This document shows, piece after piece, positions 11,122 through 23,701 of a DNA stretch of 64,000 nucleotides. A model generated the notes under the pieces. It saw nothing but the letters and a program-made list of their open reading frames with translations, was not told where the DNA came from and made no database searches. The stretch comes from Schizochytrium sp. TIO01 (lineage: Eukaryota; Protista; Bigyra: Labyrinthulomycetes): assembly GCA_004764695.1 (NCBI GenBank), contig SMSO01000032.1, positions 6,604,483 to 6,668,482 on the forward strand, read 5' to 3'. Both the position numbers and the translations under genes were made by a program. The number at the start of each line of letters is the position of its first letter. Position 1 is the first letter of the stretch.

Positions 11122-14100
11122 CCGAATAATCCACGCAACGTCGAACCACGAAATTTTCTCGCGGCGAGACCGCGTGTGCACCGGGAAGACGAAGGGACAA
11201 AGCGGTTCGCATCTACGCGTACGCCACCCACCTACGCGAAGGTTCGCTTGAGAGAGGATAGTGTATCAAGCTCACAACAAAGTGACTACCTTGAAAAGAA
11301 ACGCCCTCTGAGATTTTTTTGCGGAGATCAGCGACCCACAGCTTGAGATCGATCGAGACGTGACATACATTGGATAGACAAATGATGGAGTGAATAAATA
11401 AACCATGAAGATGTGACCGTACATAATTTCACGCTCGGACGCTTGACTTTCTAGATCTTTACATAAGCGATTGTTCGGGGCCGTCATGCGACGTGGCCCT
11501 CAATCGGATTCGAGTGCCCGCGAATTGTCTTTGAAGGATTCAGGATGTTCGATCTCACAGGGATTGCACACGGTTATTCGGTCGCATGTATTAACCTTGT
11601 GCTAACATATCTTGCTTTCCGTACTACGATTCAACAGCAGCAAGAAGCAGGCCGCTCCTCCTCACATCAGATCGCGCTGCAGCTAGTCTCGTGACCTCTC
11701 GTGACCTCTCGTACTGAGCCAGCTTATTCTTGGTTGTGCAGCATTCCAAATTTCCGGTGACTTGGGCAAGGTAAGAGCGCAAATAAATCAAAACTCTCGC
11801 CTGACATGCTTGTTATGTCTCAAGCTCGTGGACGAGGCCTGCCATGTCAGTTAGTAGCTACTAGTCCGCGTGTGAGCCAACTGTGCGTCAAGTCTATCTT
11901 AGACACAGTAGTGCCTAAATACTGTCTGGTCACTCTCGATAGTTCATTGCTATCAACGGCCTTCGCCTGTATTTGTTCGGATTGGCGAGGTGAGCTATTT
12001 GAAGTTGGTTCATTTATGCCGTGTGTTCTTTATCTGAGTTAGCTGATCTAGAGAGATTGAATCACTTATCCCACATGTCACCAGACGAGGTTATTTGCCA
12101 TGGTTGAAGTAAGTACTTCAGCTAAATCACAAATGAAGCTCTATATATAGCTCGTACCACTTGGAGTAAGGGAGCTGCTCCTCAAGTTCACGCAGAATGT
12201 AGATTATTCTTCACGTCAACATCATTTTTTAAAATAAAAATATTTTTAATTAGATAAGTTTTTAACTTTAAAAAACCTTCTTTTTTAAAAAATAGTTTTT
12301 TAAAACATTGAAACTCATTCCCGAAACAAAAACACTCGAGCTCCATTTATCATTGGAGTCTGTTCCAGGGCCTCTTCCTTACAACTAAAAAAATAAAATT
12401 ATATGACACTTGCTGTTTTCATTTGTCAGTTTAAAGATATCGCTGACTCTGTACCACTTATCGATGGAAGACCCTTTTCTTTTCTTCCCTAGGTCTTATT
12501 GCCCATCCTCCGAACGTAGACACCCATGCTCTCCAACTGTTCCTGTTCCCTTTCCTTTTTCTCTAATGATAATTAAACTTTAGAAAAAATAAAATAATTT
12601 TAATTACATAAGTTTTTTCCTACAATTAGAAAATGTTTTTAAATTTATACAACAGTATAAATATTTTTGTTAAGAAGAATAAAAGAACCTTGTCGCTTCA
12701 ATTTAATCGTCCGCTTCTCAACTTCACAACCATCACAAGAACAACCATAACTTCTAAACCCCTAGCTTGAAGATCTCCACGAGCGAGATGGGCCCTGGAG
12801 CCATCAACGAAACGATGCCACCTTGGCAAAGTTCGGCACATCTTCTATTGCAGCAACGGTGCTCTTGGTAGTGCGGAGAGGATCGATCTTTGTTTGGATT
12901 TCGTTTGAGGCGGTGGTGAAGAAGTCAGTAAGTCACAGCCAAAGAAGTTCAACTTGATCATCCTCAACTTGATCATCAACTTCATAAAGGAACTGACTGT
13001 TACTCATTCCGAAACCAATATACAGCTGAGAACGGACCTGATCATCAGATGGCGTTTTTGCAGACATTGCAGACCGTCGAACATTGCACAGGTGGAGAAT
13101 GCATTTGGTATCCAGGCCCAACGGCAGTCCGAGATATAGATGCAGCAGGCCCTTTGGGGATGCAGTTCATGTGAGCGTAGGCAATTTGGATTGATTGACT
13201 CCCGGGGTATCATCAGTTGGAGAAGCAACAACGAACAGATTCCACATGCTTGAGTAATCTTAACGAATATATGTGCCCTTCGTGGGCTAAGTCTTATCCC
13301 TGAATCGAGCTCTCTGCTGGGATGCCGGCCGCGATACCTCCACCAATACTGCAATTGCAAATTATGTAGGCCACGTAGACGGACCTGATACTGGAGCCAG
13401 AGTACGCTTGGCAACGTAGCCAGCCATCAGCCTGTGGAGCTTTCTGAGTGCTTCGTGATGCAAGCTCTGGTCTTCTTTCGGGAGACCGTGATCGCTGGTG
13501 CTCATGCCGACTATAAAGATCTCTAAAGCCCCTTGCACTCTGCCACGGCCCTTGTTTTCAACTGACTGCGGTGGCATTTGCCCAACGCAGGACAAACATA
13601 TGGATTGAAACCCGCAACTTCAAGGCGATTCCTTTGTCCTTCTCTAAAGGGGAGAAATCTCAGCTTCAAGTTCGTTTTTGTACCACCCGGTCGCACGCAA
13701 TCCCCTTTTCTGCACAACATCGGATGGTTTGTCAAAATGCTGTTTGGGGATCACTTTAAGTCTTCAAAACCCGACGAATTGCAACGTAATATATAGTGTT
13801 CGAGAGATGCAGGCAGGCAGGCGGGTAGGTAGGTGAGCGATGAAGTAACTTCGAACAAGACCTTTTGCAAATTTCTACAAAGAGTTCTTGAACATCGCTT
13901 GCAAGCCACGCAGAGAAAATAAAAGGCCACCTATAAGTCGATGCTCTGTTTTCACCCCCTATAAGCCGTTGCCGACCATGCTTACAGTCCACGCCTCCAG
14001 CCACCGCTCGTGGGTCCGCAACTAACCTGCACCAGCACCTCCAAGCTCTGAGACGTTAGTGCATTCCAATCAACTGCACATTCGCAGCAGCAAAGAAAAA

Positions 14101-17100
14101 ACAAAACAAAGAAAGAAAGAAATTAAAAAATAAATATTAAAAAATAAATAAAAAGAAGAGGAAAATTGTAGTTGAACTAAAACCTGTTCTTCTAAAACAA
14201 CCCTTCGTGAATTAGCGGGCCGCGAAACACCACAACGAACATCCTGTGCAACTTATGAAAAGTGCCCAGTTTCGTCTCTCGATTCTCTACAGCAGACTCC
14301 ATTGAACGGCACCAAGAAGAAGGAGGAGGAGCCGACGATTCATGTATGCATGAACTCCGAAGCTGGAGCTCTGTGCACAGCCTACCAAGCTGTGTTTTGC
14401 TCGGGTGGTGGCCGGCTTGATCGAACCAGGCTAGACTCCAAGTCTTCAGCATCTCGAGTTCTCTGTCTCAAAGACTTGCGAGCTGGGCCTCTTTCTCGAA
14501 TCGAAGTCCATTCATCAGGTCCCATATAAAGTGGAGGAGTAATGCGCGGAAGAACTACACTGACCTCATAAGTCATGGTGCTACAAGTTGGAGAAGGACG
14601 TTTGGTTTGCGCTATGGACGACTCTACGCACTGAACCCGCGCGTCATCCGAAGCCAATTCTCAATTTCTCACTCAGTCGTGAACAATTAACAGTTATCGT
14701 CATAAGCTGATCGCTGTGACCCTTCGAGAGCATTGTTGCGATTCTTCAAACCATGGCAGGTTTGCAGAGGATGATCGATCGCCATGAATCAGTCTTCGTG
14801 CACGGACTGCTGCGGTCGGTACCTTGTGTACTACTGAGAACCTGTCACGAGGAATCCCTGACTGAAGAGGTGGACGGGCTTGTTGAGATGGCCAGGGAAG
14901 GCAGTCTTTTTTGCTATAAAACTCGTGCTGATCTCGGTCTGCACGGCCATTGAACCACTCGCGTTGAATTGAAGCCCAAATTCAGGTACTACTGAGACGA
15001 GAGAACGAGAGAACGAGGGAACGAGGTTAGCTGGCACAGGCAGAGAGAACGCTGCTTTTTACACGCACGCAACTAATCGAGTTGAGGCATAGAGCGACAC
15101 AGTGCGTAGTGGTACTAGTGCAAAGTAGTCACTGTATTAGGGGCAATGGTTTCACTACCATCACTACTACAACCACTACCTATGGATTATGAAAATATGA
15201 TCCATTGCGATAGCTAACTGTACCTAGCTCGCAATCAGCATCCCGTGATAGTTTATCAGCCCCGTGCGTCGAAGTTAGACAAATGAGAATGACCCGTGGC
15301 TTAGCAACTTCGAGACGCCCTCATTACGGAATGAGGACGACCAAGAAGAAATGCGTCCGAAAGCACAGAAACTGTAATTGCTAGCGTTACGGGCTGACTC
15401 TGAACACAGACCTAATTGTACTGTCCGTATGTCTCCATGTCTACGACCTCCTAAAGCAGGAAGTAAAGCCTACCATGAATTTTTGTGTATTTACAGGCAG
15501 CATCCAACCTTACTCCACGAGCAGACACGTGCTTTGAGCTGAGGAAACGTTTTTTTTTGCTGTGGTATTGATGTGACATAATACAGGCCTCGGTGACAGG
15601 TAGTTCACGGACGCGAGCAATGTGAAGGCCTCGAATAAAACTTGGAGAATAGAATTATCACTTCAGCGATATCCAAGGCGTTACTATCCCCATCCCCATC
15701 CCCATCTCATTCGTTACGCAACACCTTGCTTTTGCTGCTCTACACCATTGCATTTTCCCCCAAACTCAGATCTCGTCAATGGCAACCAGTATTCTAGTAT
15801 CATGGCAGAAGTTGAAGATATGAAGTGGCATAAGCCAGAAAGCGTGAAAATCTCGTTTCACTAAGAAAAGCCTCTTATGCAAAACACACCCACGAACACA
15901 CGATTTCAAAGGAACCCGCAGCTCCCTTACTATCGAACTATCATTGACTTTGCCCATATAAGGAATCCTACTACCTTTGCAACATCGTTCACTGGGAAGA
16001 AATCAAGGTCCGCAAAATTAAATCTGGAGCCTTTTCAACCCCTCATTTACTTGCTACTGATTTCATTTTCTTATTTTTGATTCTGTGTTTTAGTCAGCTG
16101 CTGTTTCGTTCACAGAGGTTGATCAAGCTATTGAAGCCTCCTGTACGCCTCTCCCCACAAGAAAAAACAAATACTCCACCGGATTTGCTCGCTAGTGCAG
16201 ATCTATTTTATTACGAAAGTTTATTCATGGCAGCGACAATTCAATGTAACTTGAGGTCTTCTCGATACAGTTGTTTAGATGGTACACACCCAAATACAAT
16301 ATCCCACAACCCTTGTACTACGAGAATCTATTTTCTTCTGTCTATATTAGTGAGATATCTTCAACCTGATTTCTTATAAGGCCTAAGATGTAGATTGTAT
16401 CAGCTTACTATCAGCTGCAAATGGAGCAAATTGAAGGGTTTGTTGTGCTTCACGTTCAATCGTTCTTGATGTGAATTGCTGAGGTGTGCTGGCTTCTTCA
16501 CTTGAGTCAGTAGCTTGACGACAACGCATTTTCCCTTCAAGGAAGACCCAATCTTCAAAAGCCACATTGCAGAACGCTTCTGGGCAATACTTACAAGCTG
16601 ATGGAGCTCACACCCGTGGTCGATCTCAACCTCCCCGCGTGGCCCAAGATAAAGCTTAGACGCAGGATTGACACATGTTTGGGTGGATGATTGGCAAGAT
16701 GTACACATCCATCCACGAAGTTGGCCCTAATGATGATACATCCCACGTAAAAAGCACAGTGTACATAGGCGTTACTTCTGAGCTCTCCTAGCCGCTGAAA
16801 GCAGTGCGACAATTGGGAATACAAAGGAAGAATGAAGAAACAGAAAGAAAGAAACAGTAGCAGAGAAAAGACAATCTTTCCATGTTATGTGGGTAGATAA
16901 GAGGTACATCCGCCCATCAATGTATAAAGGCGTGAAAGCTGCAAAATCAAGATCTCAACTCGGGCGCCAAACAAGCGTCCACTGCAACGAGCAGGAGCGT
17001 AAGACACTGGGTTTACGAGAGACAAACAAGCGCATCGGTGCAGGGCTGGATCGCTTACCCATCCACGCAGATGGACTCGTCTTGGATATCTTTCTCACCA

Positions 17101-18115
17101 GGCGAAGATAGATTCTGCCCCTCAGGCTCACCAGAAGGAGATCAGATAGGAAATGAACGATCTCTGCCTCTGCCTTGTATCCGTAACTGTAGAAGTCGTA
17201 GAAGCTACGCCAATGCAGAGGCAGTAAATCTATAAGAGGAAAGCGCAGGTACTAATCGCTAGTAGTAGCATTAGTAGCATTAGTAGCAGTAGGTAATAGT
17301 AGTAGTAGTAATAGTAGTAGTAGGTAGGATTAATGAAAGATAAAAGAAAGAAAGAAAGCATAATTGTATAAGGATAATATGATAGATTCATTCAGCTTTC
17401 TTTCTTTCTTTTGACTTCGCTTTGTTTCAAAGTCGATCAAATCGATCGTTGATCTTCGAAAGCGCTTCGTCGGCGTCAGTTCCGCTTTGGCCGCCCGGCA
17501 TCCTCTTCGTTTGCTGCCACACCCAGCAAGCCTGTTAAGGGCCTGGGCTGACAGGTGCCAGGCGAACCTCCTGATCGAGCTTGTTACTACGAGCTTCAGC
17601 GTACTGACGAGAGCACCAAAGCTTCGGCGAGCTGGAGACAGACCTTCATCAAAGCAGCGAAGCTGGACCTTTTAGCGAAAGCTGCAGCTCAAGCTGACCG
17701 AGGTATATAGCAATCGTACTCTGAAAACACAGAGTGGACCTTGCATAGGGAAATACAGAACTTAGGATTACAAGGCATCCTCTTTGAGGGGTCGATTTGA
17801 TTGAAGAGCGCCTTGTTTTGAGGGGCCAGCGTCCGGGTCTTGAGAACTATTATCTACTTGTAGTACTTTCCTCTTAGCTGTACTTCTCACAACTAGTACT
17901 TAAGGTTCTCGCAACTTGTGGCTTGATTTTTGGAAACAGTAAAGGTTCTCGTCAGGGCTCACGAGATCCACTGGATAAATTGAAAACCATCATCCAAGTT
18001 TACTTGCCAAAGCTTGACACTTCTGTGGCTGTCTCAAAAAGGGTTCTGAGACAAATACCTCTCTTTGAAATTACCCTTGCAAAAAGGTCTTCTGGTTAAG
18101 AAAACTAGCACAAGT

Positions 18116-21067
18116 ATGGGATGTACCAGCAGTACGTACAGCACGGGCCCACCGGGTCCAGGCCCGCTAGCACTTTTTCAAGAACAGATCAAAATCATCG
18201 AGACGCAGCAAACCCTTGATGTGCGCTCTCTCATGATTATGATATGGAGGGCACGAACCAAACCGGACTTCCAACGCATTGTCACAGAGCTTGTGACAAT
18301 GAATGCAGACGATCGCAACTCCTTTGTCGGCATCGAGTTTTATCTGCCGCAACTTGTCCACATGATGGTCCACCTCGAAGTTGACTGGCCAACTAACACA
18401 CTTGAGGAGTTTGCGCTCCTCGTATCTCAGCAGTCGATGCACATTGCTTTGCAAATGTGCTGGATCCTTATGGGCCTCATGGAAGACTATCAGTCTGAAG
18501 ACCCAGAGGGTAATTATAATCCCTCCGCCAACCCTCTCCTGTATAATCGCTGTGCTACTATGATGGAAAAGCTAGAGCTCTCAGTTGTATTTGGCAGCCC
18601 TAACTGCAGTGCGTTTGAGCAGCTCTACCGTGAGGGCAAGGTTACACGTGCAGAACTTGCTGAACTTCAAAAGTCTGACCGCAAAGCTCAGGCTTTGCTT
18701 ATCTCTGATCAAGTTCCTGATGACATGGATTACCTCAAAGAAGGTAACCTCCTTTACAAGCGTTGGAAACGCCGAAGTGGAATGCACATGGACAAATGGA
18801 TCGAGCGACGCTTTGTCATTGGACATCGCGTACTCTACTGCTTGCGTAAGTCTGACAACGTAATCAAGCGCTCTATTGCTTTGCATGATTGTACCGTACA
18901 TGTTCCATCCAATCCACCAAAGGAGCATCCTTGGTATTTTGAAATCCACGAAACCGACCGTGACCGCAAATTTCTGCTTGTTGCTGGCTCTGAGCAAGAA
19001 CGCAATGACTGGGTTCAAAAACTCAATGAGGCTATCAATTCTCCGCCCAAGGCCTTTGGTGGTGCGGGACCTGCAGTGCGCCTTGGCTCATCTACGTCAA
19101 ACACGTCTTCCGTAGCTGATGGATCTGCGAACATCGATGTTAATACGCTTAGCCCCTCTCAGGTGGCTCGATATGGATTTTATCGTTCAGAGCGCGATTT
19201 TGTAAGACTTCTCACCGACATTTGTGAAGAGCTTCGCTTTGTTGATGTTCCAAAACGCAAGGAAATGCTGCGCGAACGTCTTCGCAAGATCACAATCCCG
19301 GGTTGTGTTTACATTCCCCTTTGTGGAAGCACTGACACTTGGGAGCGCATCGTCAAGGTTGTTCCTGATGAGTCTACGGCTTTTAGTACTCGCGCTCGCT
19401 GCCCGTGTCTCATGACCTTCGAAATGACCACCGATGACCCAGAAAAGCCGCTTGATGTTGCCACCTACCTATACCAAACCCTTGGTTTCGACCCTGCCAC
19501 GAACTCGCTTCTGGAAGGCGATTTTGAGGAGGCTCTTTCCATGTCTCATGCAGGTGGCGACAATGAATCTATTACTGGTAGCGTTTCTGAAAATGAGGTC
19601 GGGATTAATGGAATTGAGTCGAAAGGTAGCGTTGCTAGTTCTAATTCGACTTCTTGGGAGTCAGCAAGGCGTCGAGCTCTGGCCCGGTCTCGCTTTGTTC
19701 GCTCAGCACGAAGCTCCGTGACGAGCCTCGACATGAGTATGGATGATGTTCATGAGACAGCATCCACTAGTAGCGTGGATGGCAATATGACACATCGTCA
19801 TGAGGCCTCTCAATCCGTGGATATGCCCAACCTTTGGTTCGACTATGAGCCGCAGTCTCGCGGTGCAAGTGATGTCGTGAAGACTGGAAATGGTACCGTT
19901 GCTGTGATTGGCAAGAGCGCCATCTCCAATGATAATGCAGACCCATCATTTACTGATTCAAAGTCTAATGGTGTCGACTATCCCCATTCTGATCGTAAGT
20001 CCCTCGTTGTGGAATCTCTTATCCTTCAAGCCAACGAGCTCTTTGGCAAGGTCAAAGCGGGCAGCGGATCCCCAAAACATAGCCAAATTCCGCCTTCGTC
20101 CGCCCGTATTGGAGGTAGGCCTCATGGTGTTTTTCTCCCTGCTTTGGGTAAGTACGTACCGCCTCGCAATGAAGATTTGCAGGAAGTGGGTGTCCCTGAA
20201 AAGCCCACAGCGCCCGGAACGGTTCATGGATCCCAGCCACCGGTTGGCAAGCTCATTGCAAAATCTAACGACGATCTTCGACAAGAAGTATTTATCATGC
20301 AGCTCATTAGTTTCCTCCATGATATATGGGCTAATAAGGGTTTAAGACTGTGGCTTCGCCCTTACAAGATTCTATCCACTTCTCAGAGCACAGGTATGCT
20401 CGAGGTTCTTCGTGGCTCTAACTCGTTGGACGGCGTAAAGAAGGATAACGATAAAATCCCCATCCTTGACTTTCTCAAGAAACAATTCCCCGACCCCAAC
20501 GACCTGGCTCAAGCCCAACGTAATTTCACTGAGTCTATGGCTGGCTACAGTCTAGCGTGTTACATTCTTGGCATCAAGGATCGCCACAACGGAAATATCA
20601 TGCTTGAATATGCAACAGGCCGTATTATTCACATCGATTTTGGTTTTGTCTTTGGCATGGCTCCTGGTAAAGACAAAATTCCGCACGTCAATCTGTCTTT
20701 CGAGCGTGCTGCATTTAAGCTCACCCCAGAGCTTGTTAATGCTATGGGTGGCTTTGATCACGAGAACTGGAAGCTCTTTAATGACCTGATGCTCGAAGGT
20801 ATCATGGAGGCACGGAGGTATGCAGATACTTTGGTGACTATGATTGAAATCACAGGTTACAAGTCCCGTCTCCCGTGTTTTAACCAACCTGGAGGTGGTG
20901 TCGTACGTTGCGTTCGGGAGCTTAAGGAGCGGCTCATGCTTAACCTTCCGGATGCGCAGGTTAAGAAGCGCTTGAAGGCTCTCACCGAACACGCTGCTAC
21001 TTCTACTGGAACCCATTGGTACGAACTCTTTCAGCTCTGGAGTAACAAGATTGAGCCAGTGCGCTAA
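18116..21067 (+). CDS. PI4KB: Phosphatidylinositol 4-kinase, type III beta (Pik1/PI4KB-like), with an inserted PH domain
   Basis: Helical-domain motif EFYLPQLVHM and kinase motifs IAKSNDDLRQE, YILGIKDRHNGNIML, IIHIDFGF and FERAAFKLT. First ATG is at 18116 (MGCTSS); the ORF track starts at an upstream TTG. Confidence 0.93.
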   Translation: MGCTSSTYSTGPPGPGPLALFQEQIKIIETQQTLDVRSLMIMIWRARTKPDFQRIVTELVTMNADDRNSFVGIEFYLPQLVHMMVHLEVDWPTNTLEEFALLVSQQSMHIALQMCWILMGLMEDYQSEDPEGNYNPSANPLLYNRCATMMEKLELSVVFGSPNCSAFEQLYREGKVTRAELAELQKSDRKAQALLISDQVPDDMDYLKEGNLLYKRWKRRSGMHMDKWIERRFVIGHRVLYCLRKSDNVIKRSIALHDCTVHVPSNPPKEHPWYFEIHETDRDRKFLLVAGSEQERNDWVQKLNEAINSPPKAFGGAGPAVRLGSSTSNTSSVADGSANIDVNTLSPSQVARYGFYRSERDFVRLLTDICEELRFVDVPKRKEMLRERLRKITIPGCVYIPLCGSTDTWERIVKVVPDESTAFSTRARCPCLMTFEMTTDDPEKPLDVATYLYQTLGFDPATNSLLEGDFEEALSMSHAGGDNESITGSVSENEVGINGIESKGSVASSNSTSWESARRRALARSRFVRSARSSVTSLDMSMDDVHETASTSSVDGNMTHRHEASQSVDMPNLWFDYEPQSRGASDVVKTGNGTVAVIGKSAISNDNADPSFTDSKSNGVDYPHSDRKSLVVESLILQANELFGKVKAGSGSPKHSQIPPSSARIGGRPHGVFLPALGKYVPPRNEDLQEVGVPEKPTAPGTVHGSQPPVGKLIAKSNDDLRQEVFIMQLISFLHDIWANKGLRLWLRPYKILSTSQSTGMLEVLRGSNSLDGVKKDNDKIPILDFLKKQFPDPNDLAQAQRNFTESMAGYSLACYILGIKDRHNGNIMLEYATGRIIHIDFGFVFGMAPGKDKIPHVNLSFERAAFKLTPELVNAMGGFDHENWKLFNDLMLEGIMEARRYADTLVTMIEITGYKSRLPCFNQPGGGVVRCVRELKERLMLNLPDAQVKKRLKALTEHAATSTGTHWYELFQLWSNKIEPVR

Positions 21068-21826
21068 GTGTACTCATGATTCTTTCTCAACGATACCGAA
21101 CAGGGCTACACGCATTCTACATTATTAATGTTTTGGTTTTGCATGAGTGCCTGTTGTTGCTGCGATTGCGATTATTTTCGCTTCTGTCGCGTCTTTGTTT
21201 CTTTCCTTTTATATCATTTCCTGCATTTGTTCTGTCAATCGTTCATACCACTCAAATTTGCTAGTTGCTTGTTCTGGACAAACAAATTACGACAACACCT
21301 ACCAAGTCTTTAGACCATTCAATATTAGATCCTTTGAACTAACACAATAAGTAGTAAAATCTGCATAACTCTTTCTCGTACACTCCCTCCCCACATTTTC
21401 ATGCGTCTATGTAAAACCTCAGTATCTTTCTCTCCTTCTTTTCTGGAATGCGAAACCATCTTGTAGAATTTCTCACAATCGCGTGCACAACGCCATATTT
21501 AAATTTACACTCCAAAGGCACAAGCGACTTTCATGGTGTGGATTCCAGCTCCTTACCGTAAACTGCACAGTTCTTCAAAATCTAGGGCAAATCTCTCCTG
21601 CACAATCTCCGAATACTTGTCAGTATCGCTCATATTAAAATAGATAATATCAACTCCAGGTAGCCGAATGAACGTCGAGAAGAAAGGACGAAACGTGATA
21701 AAAAAACATATATAGAACGAATAACAAAAATACAAACAAAAATTGGAAAGCTTCAAGTTGAAGCAGCAATCAAGAAAACAGCATCGCTTCGATCGCGTTC
21801 TCTTCGCTCGCGTTCAGATAGGCACA

Positions 21827-23326
21827 ATGGCTGACGACGCGCTTCTTGACGAAGTTGCAGACAAGCTGACCTCTTCAGAGGTTTATGAACAGACACCGCA
21901 AGCAGCGGCAGGAGAGGTGGCCTCTGCGACCAAAGATGTGGACCAGGAAGAGGAACAGCCGCCAGCAGGCCTTTCCAAAGCACAGGTATGTCTAGATGAT
22001 CAGCAAGAGTTCTGAACAAAATCGCGACGGCTCACTGATAATGATGGTTGAACTCTGGCAAAAACTACCTCGAACGATAATGTCGTTGCATTTTTTTGTA
22101 TCAGAATCTGCTTTTGTTTTTTAGCATAATTGAGTAGGCAGGCAAAAACTGACGCGATCTATGGTCCAATGATATCTTGCGCTGGCGTATGTGTTTGTAT
22201 TTTCTATTTATTGATGTACTTTGCGTGGTAATAATCTTATTTTTTGCAGCTTCGTGCATGGAAACGTCGCCAGAAAATTCTCAAGGGTGGAGACAATCGG
22301 ATTGATCTTTTAACGGGATCTCGTGATAGCGTTGCGAAGGATTCTCTACAAGAATTTCAAGACGAATCGAAGGCATCAAATTCAAGTGAGACTTCACCTG
22401 AGATCTCTGCAAGCGTAACTACCTCTGCCGAAAGTGAGGATGGTGCTACAGCAGTAGCACCTGCGGAGCCGAAGCTTGCAAGCTGGGAAAAGAAGTGGAA
22501 TAAGGCTGCTGAGAATGCTCCCAAAGTCGAGCTCCCAGAGGCACCCCCCGTGGAGTCTATTCACAAAAAAGAAGATTCTGAAAACAATAGCAACGAGAGC
22601 GAGGACCTCTTGCCTAAGAAAGATTCTGAGCTCCGTCAACGCAAGGGCCAAGATGCTGAATCGAAGGCGCCGACAATTGGCTCGGCAGATAGAGCAGTCG
22701 CAGGTAAGGCTGACGGGGAGTTGGCCTCTGAAGAAACTACTGTGTCAATGAATGCTCTTCGCGAGAAGCTGCGTCGTGATAGAGTTGGACTTGTGGAGTT
22801 CTGGGTACGCCAAGCTGTGCTTGTGATTGGTGCGCTTCTGCTTGCCTGGCACTTTGTCCAGATTGGTGGCATCGTCAGTCCCAACCATGATGTTGCGCAG
22901 GTGAAGGTTGCCGATGACCTTTTTGATGAGGATTCCGAGGATGAAGTCCGGTTGTCATTTGGAGATGACGATGACGACGATACGCACGGTAGTGGTGTTG
23001 GACATGCCATGTTTTCACAGCATGAGATGATCCCTAGTGCTGCTGGTGGATACCTTTCGATTCCTGTTGCTATCTTCATTCTGCGTGCTGCAATCCACCT
23101 TTTGTTTGTTATGGGTGCAGGTATTAAGTTCTCCCTTGTTGAGGCGGCGAAATACCCTATACGCGCAGATGCTAACGCTGGAGGCATGTTGAGTCGCGCG
23201 GCCGCCTTTTTCCCTCCTCTGGCCCAAGCAGTGGAGACAAGTGCTCTTGTGCGTGCTGTGGTAGATGATACTCTGCTCTTCGTTTTTATCTTTGTTGTAT
23301 CCATTAGCGTGTGGCACCAGTTTTGA
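21827..23326 (+). CDS. Get2/CAML-like ER insertase subunit; two exons (21827-21985, 22250-23326)
   Basis: A phase-0 GT-AG intron joins ...GLSKAQ|LRAWKRRQKILKGGDNRIDLLTG, which resembles the Get3-binding motif of Get2/CAML. It is followed by a disordered linker and three C-terminal TM helices, the last with D..LFVFIF. Confidence 0.72.
21986..22249 (+). other. Spliceosomal intron, 264 nt
   Basis: Donor CAG|GTATGT, polypyrimidine acceptor TTTTTTGCAG|; splicing preserves the frame. Confidence 0.85.
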
Positions 23327-23701
23327 ACTTACTCCACACATGATCAAAATTAAGTAATTTTAAGCTGTGAGCGAGCTGTACCTGTAAATTCGTATCAACT
23401 GACTCTTGTCTAGAATAATCAAACAACTAATGAGGGAATTTTTTCTTCGATTTGATAACCATGGACCACCCCATAAGAGATAAAATATTGAATTGATGGA
23501 AAGAAACTGACTCTTTAAAACCTATATGTATTTATTTGTGTATTTTTATTTTCTGTGAGGGATATCACAGTGCAAATTTTGTGCGCATGCACAAACTCAT
23601 AAGGCTTGCCTGCGATGCGCTACTCTACTACTAGTACTATGACAAAAGATGGCCATGAAGATCTAACAAACAACTATATGCTATGTTTAACTATAATTCT
23701 C

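Noticed and set aside
15106-15179. GTAGTGGT...ACCACTAC imperfect hairpin
   Set aside because: The arms are low-complexity GTA/TAC sequence with poor internal pairing.
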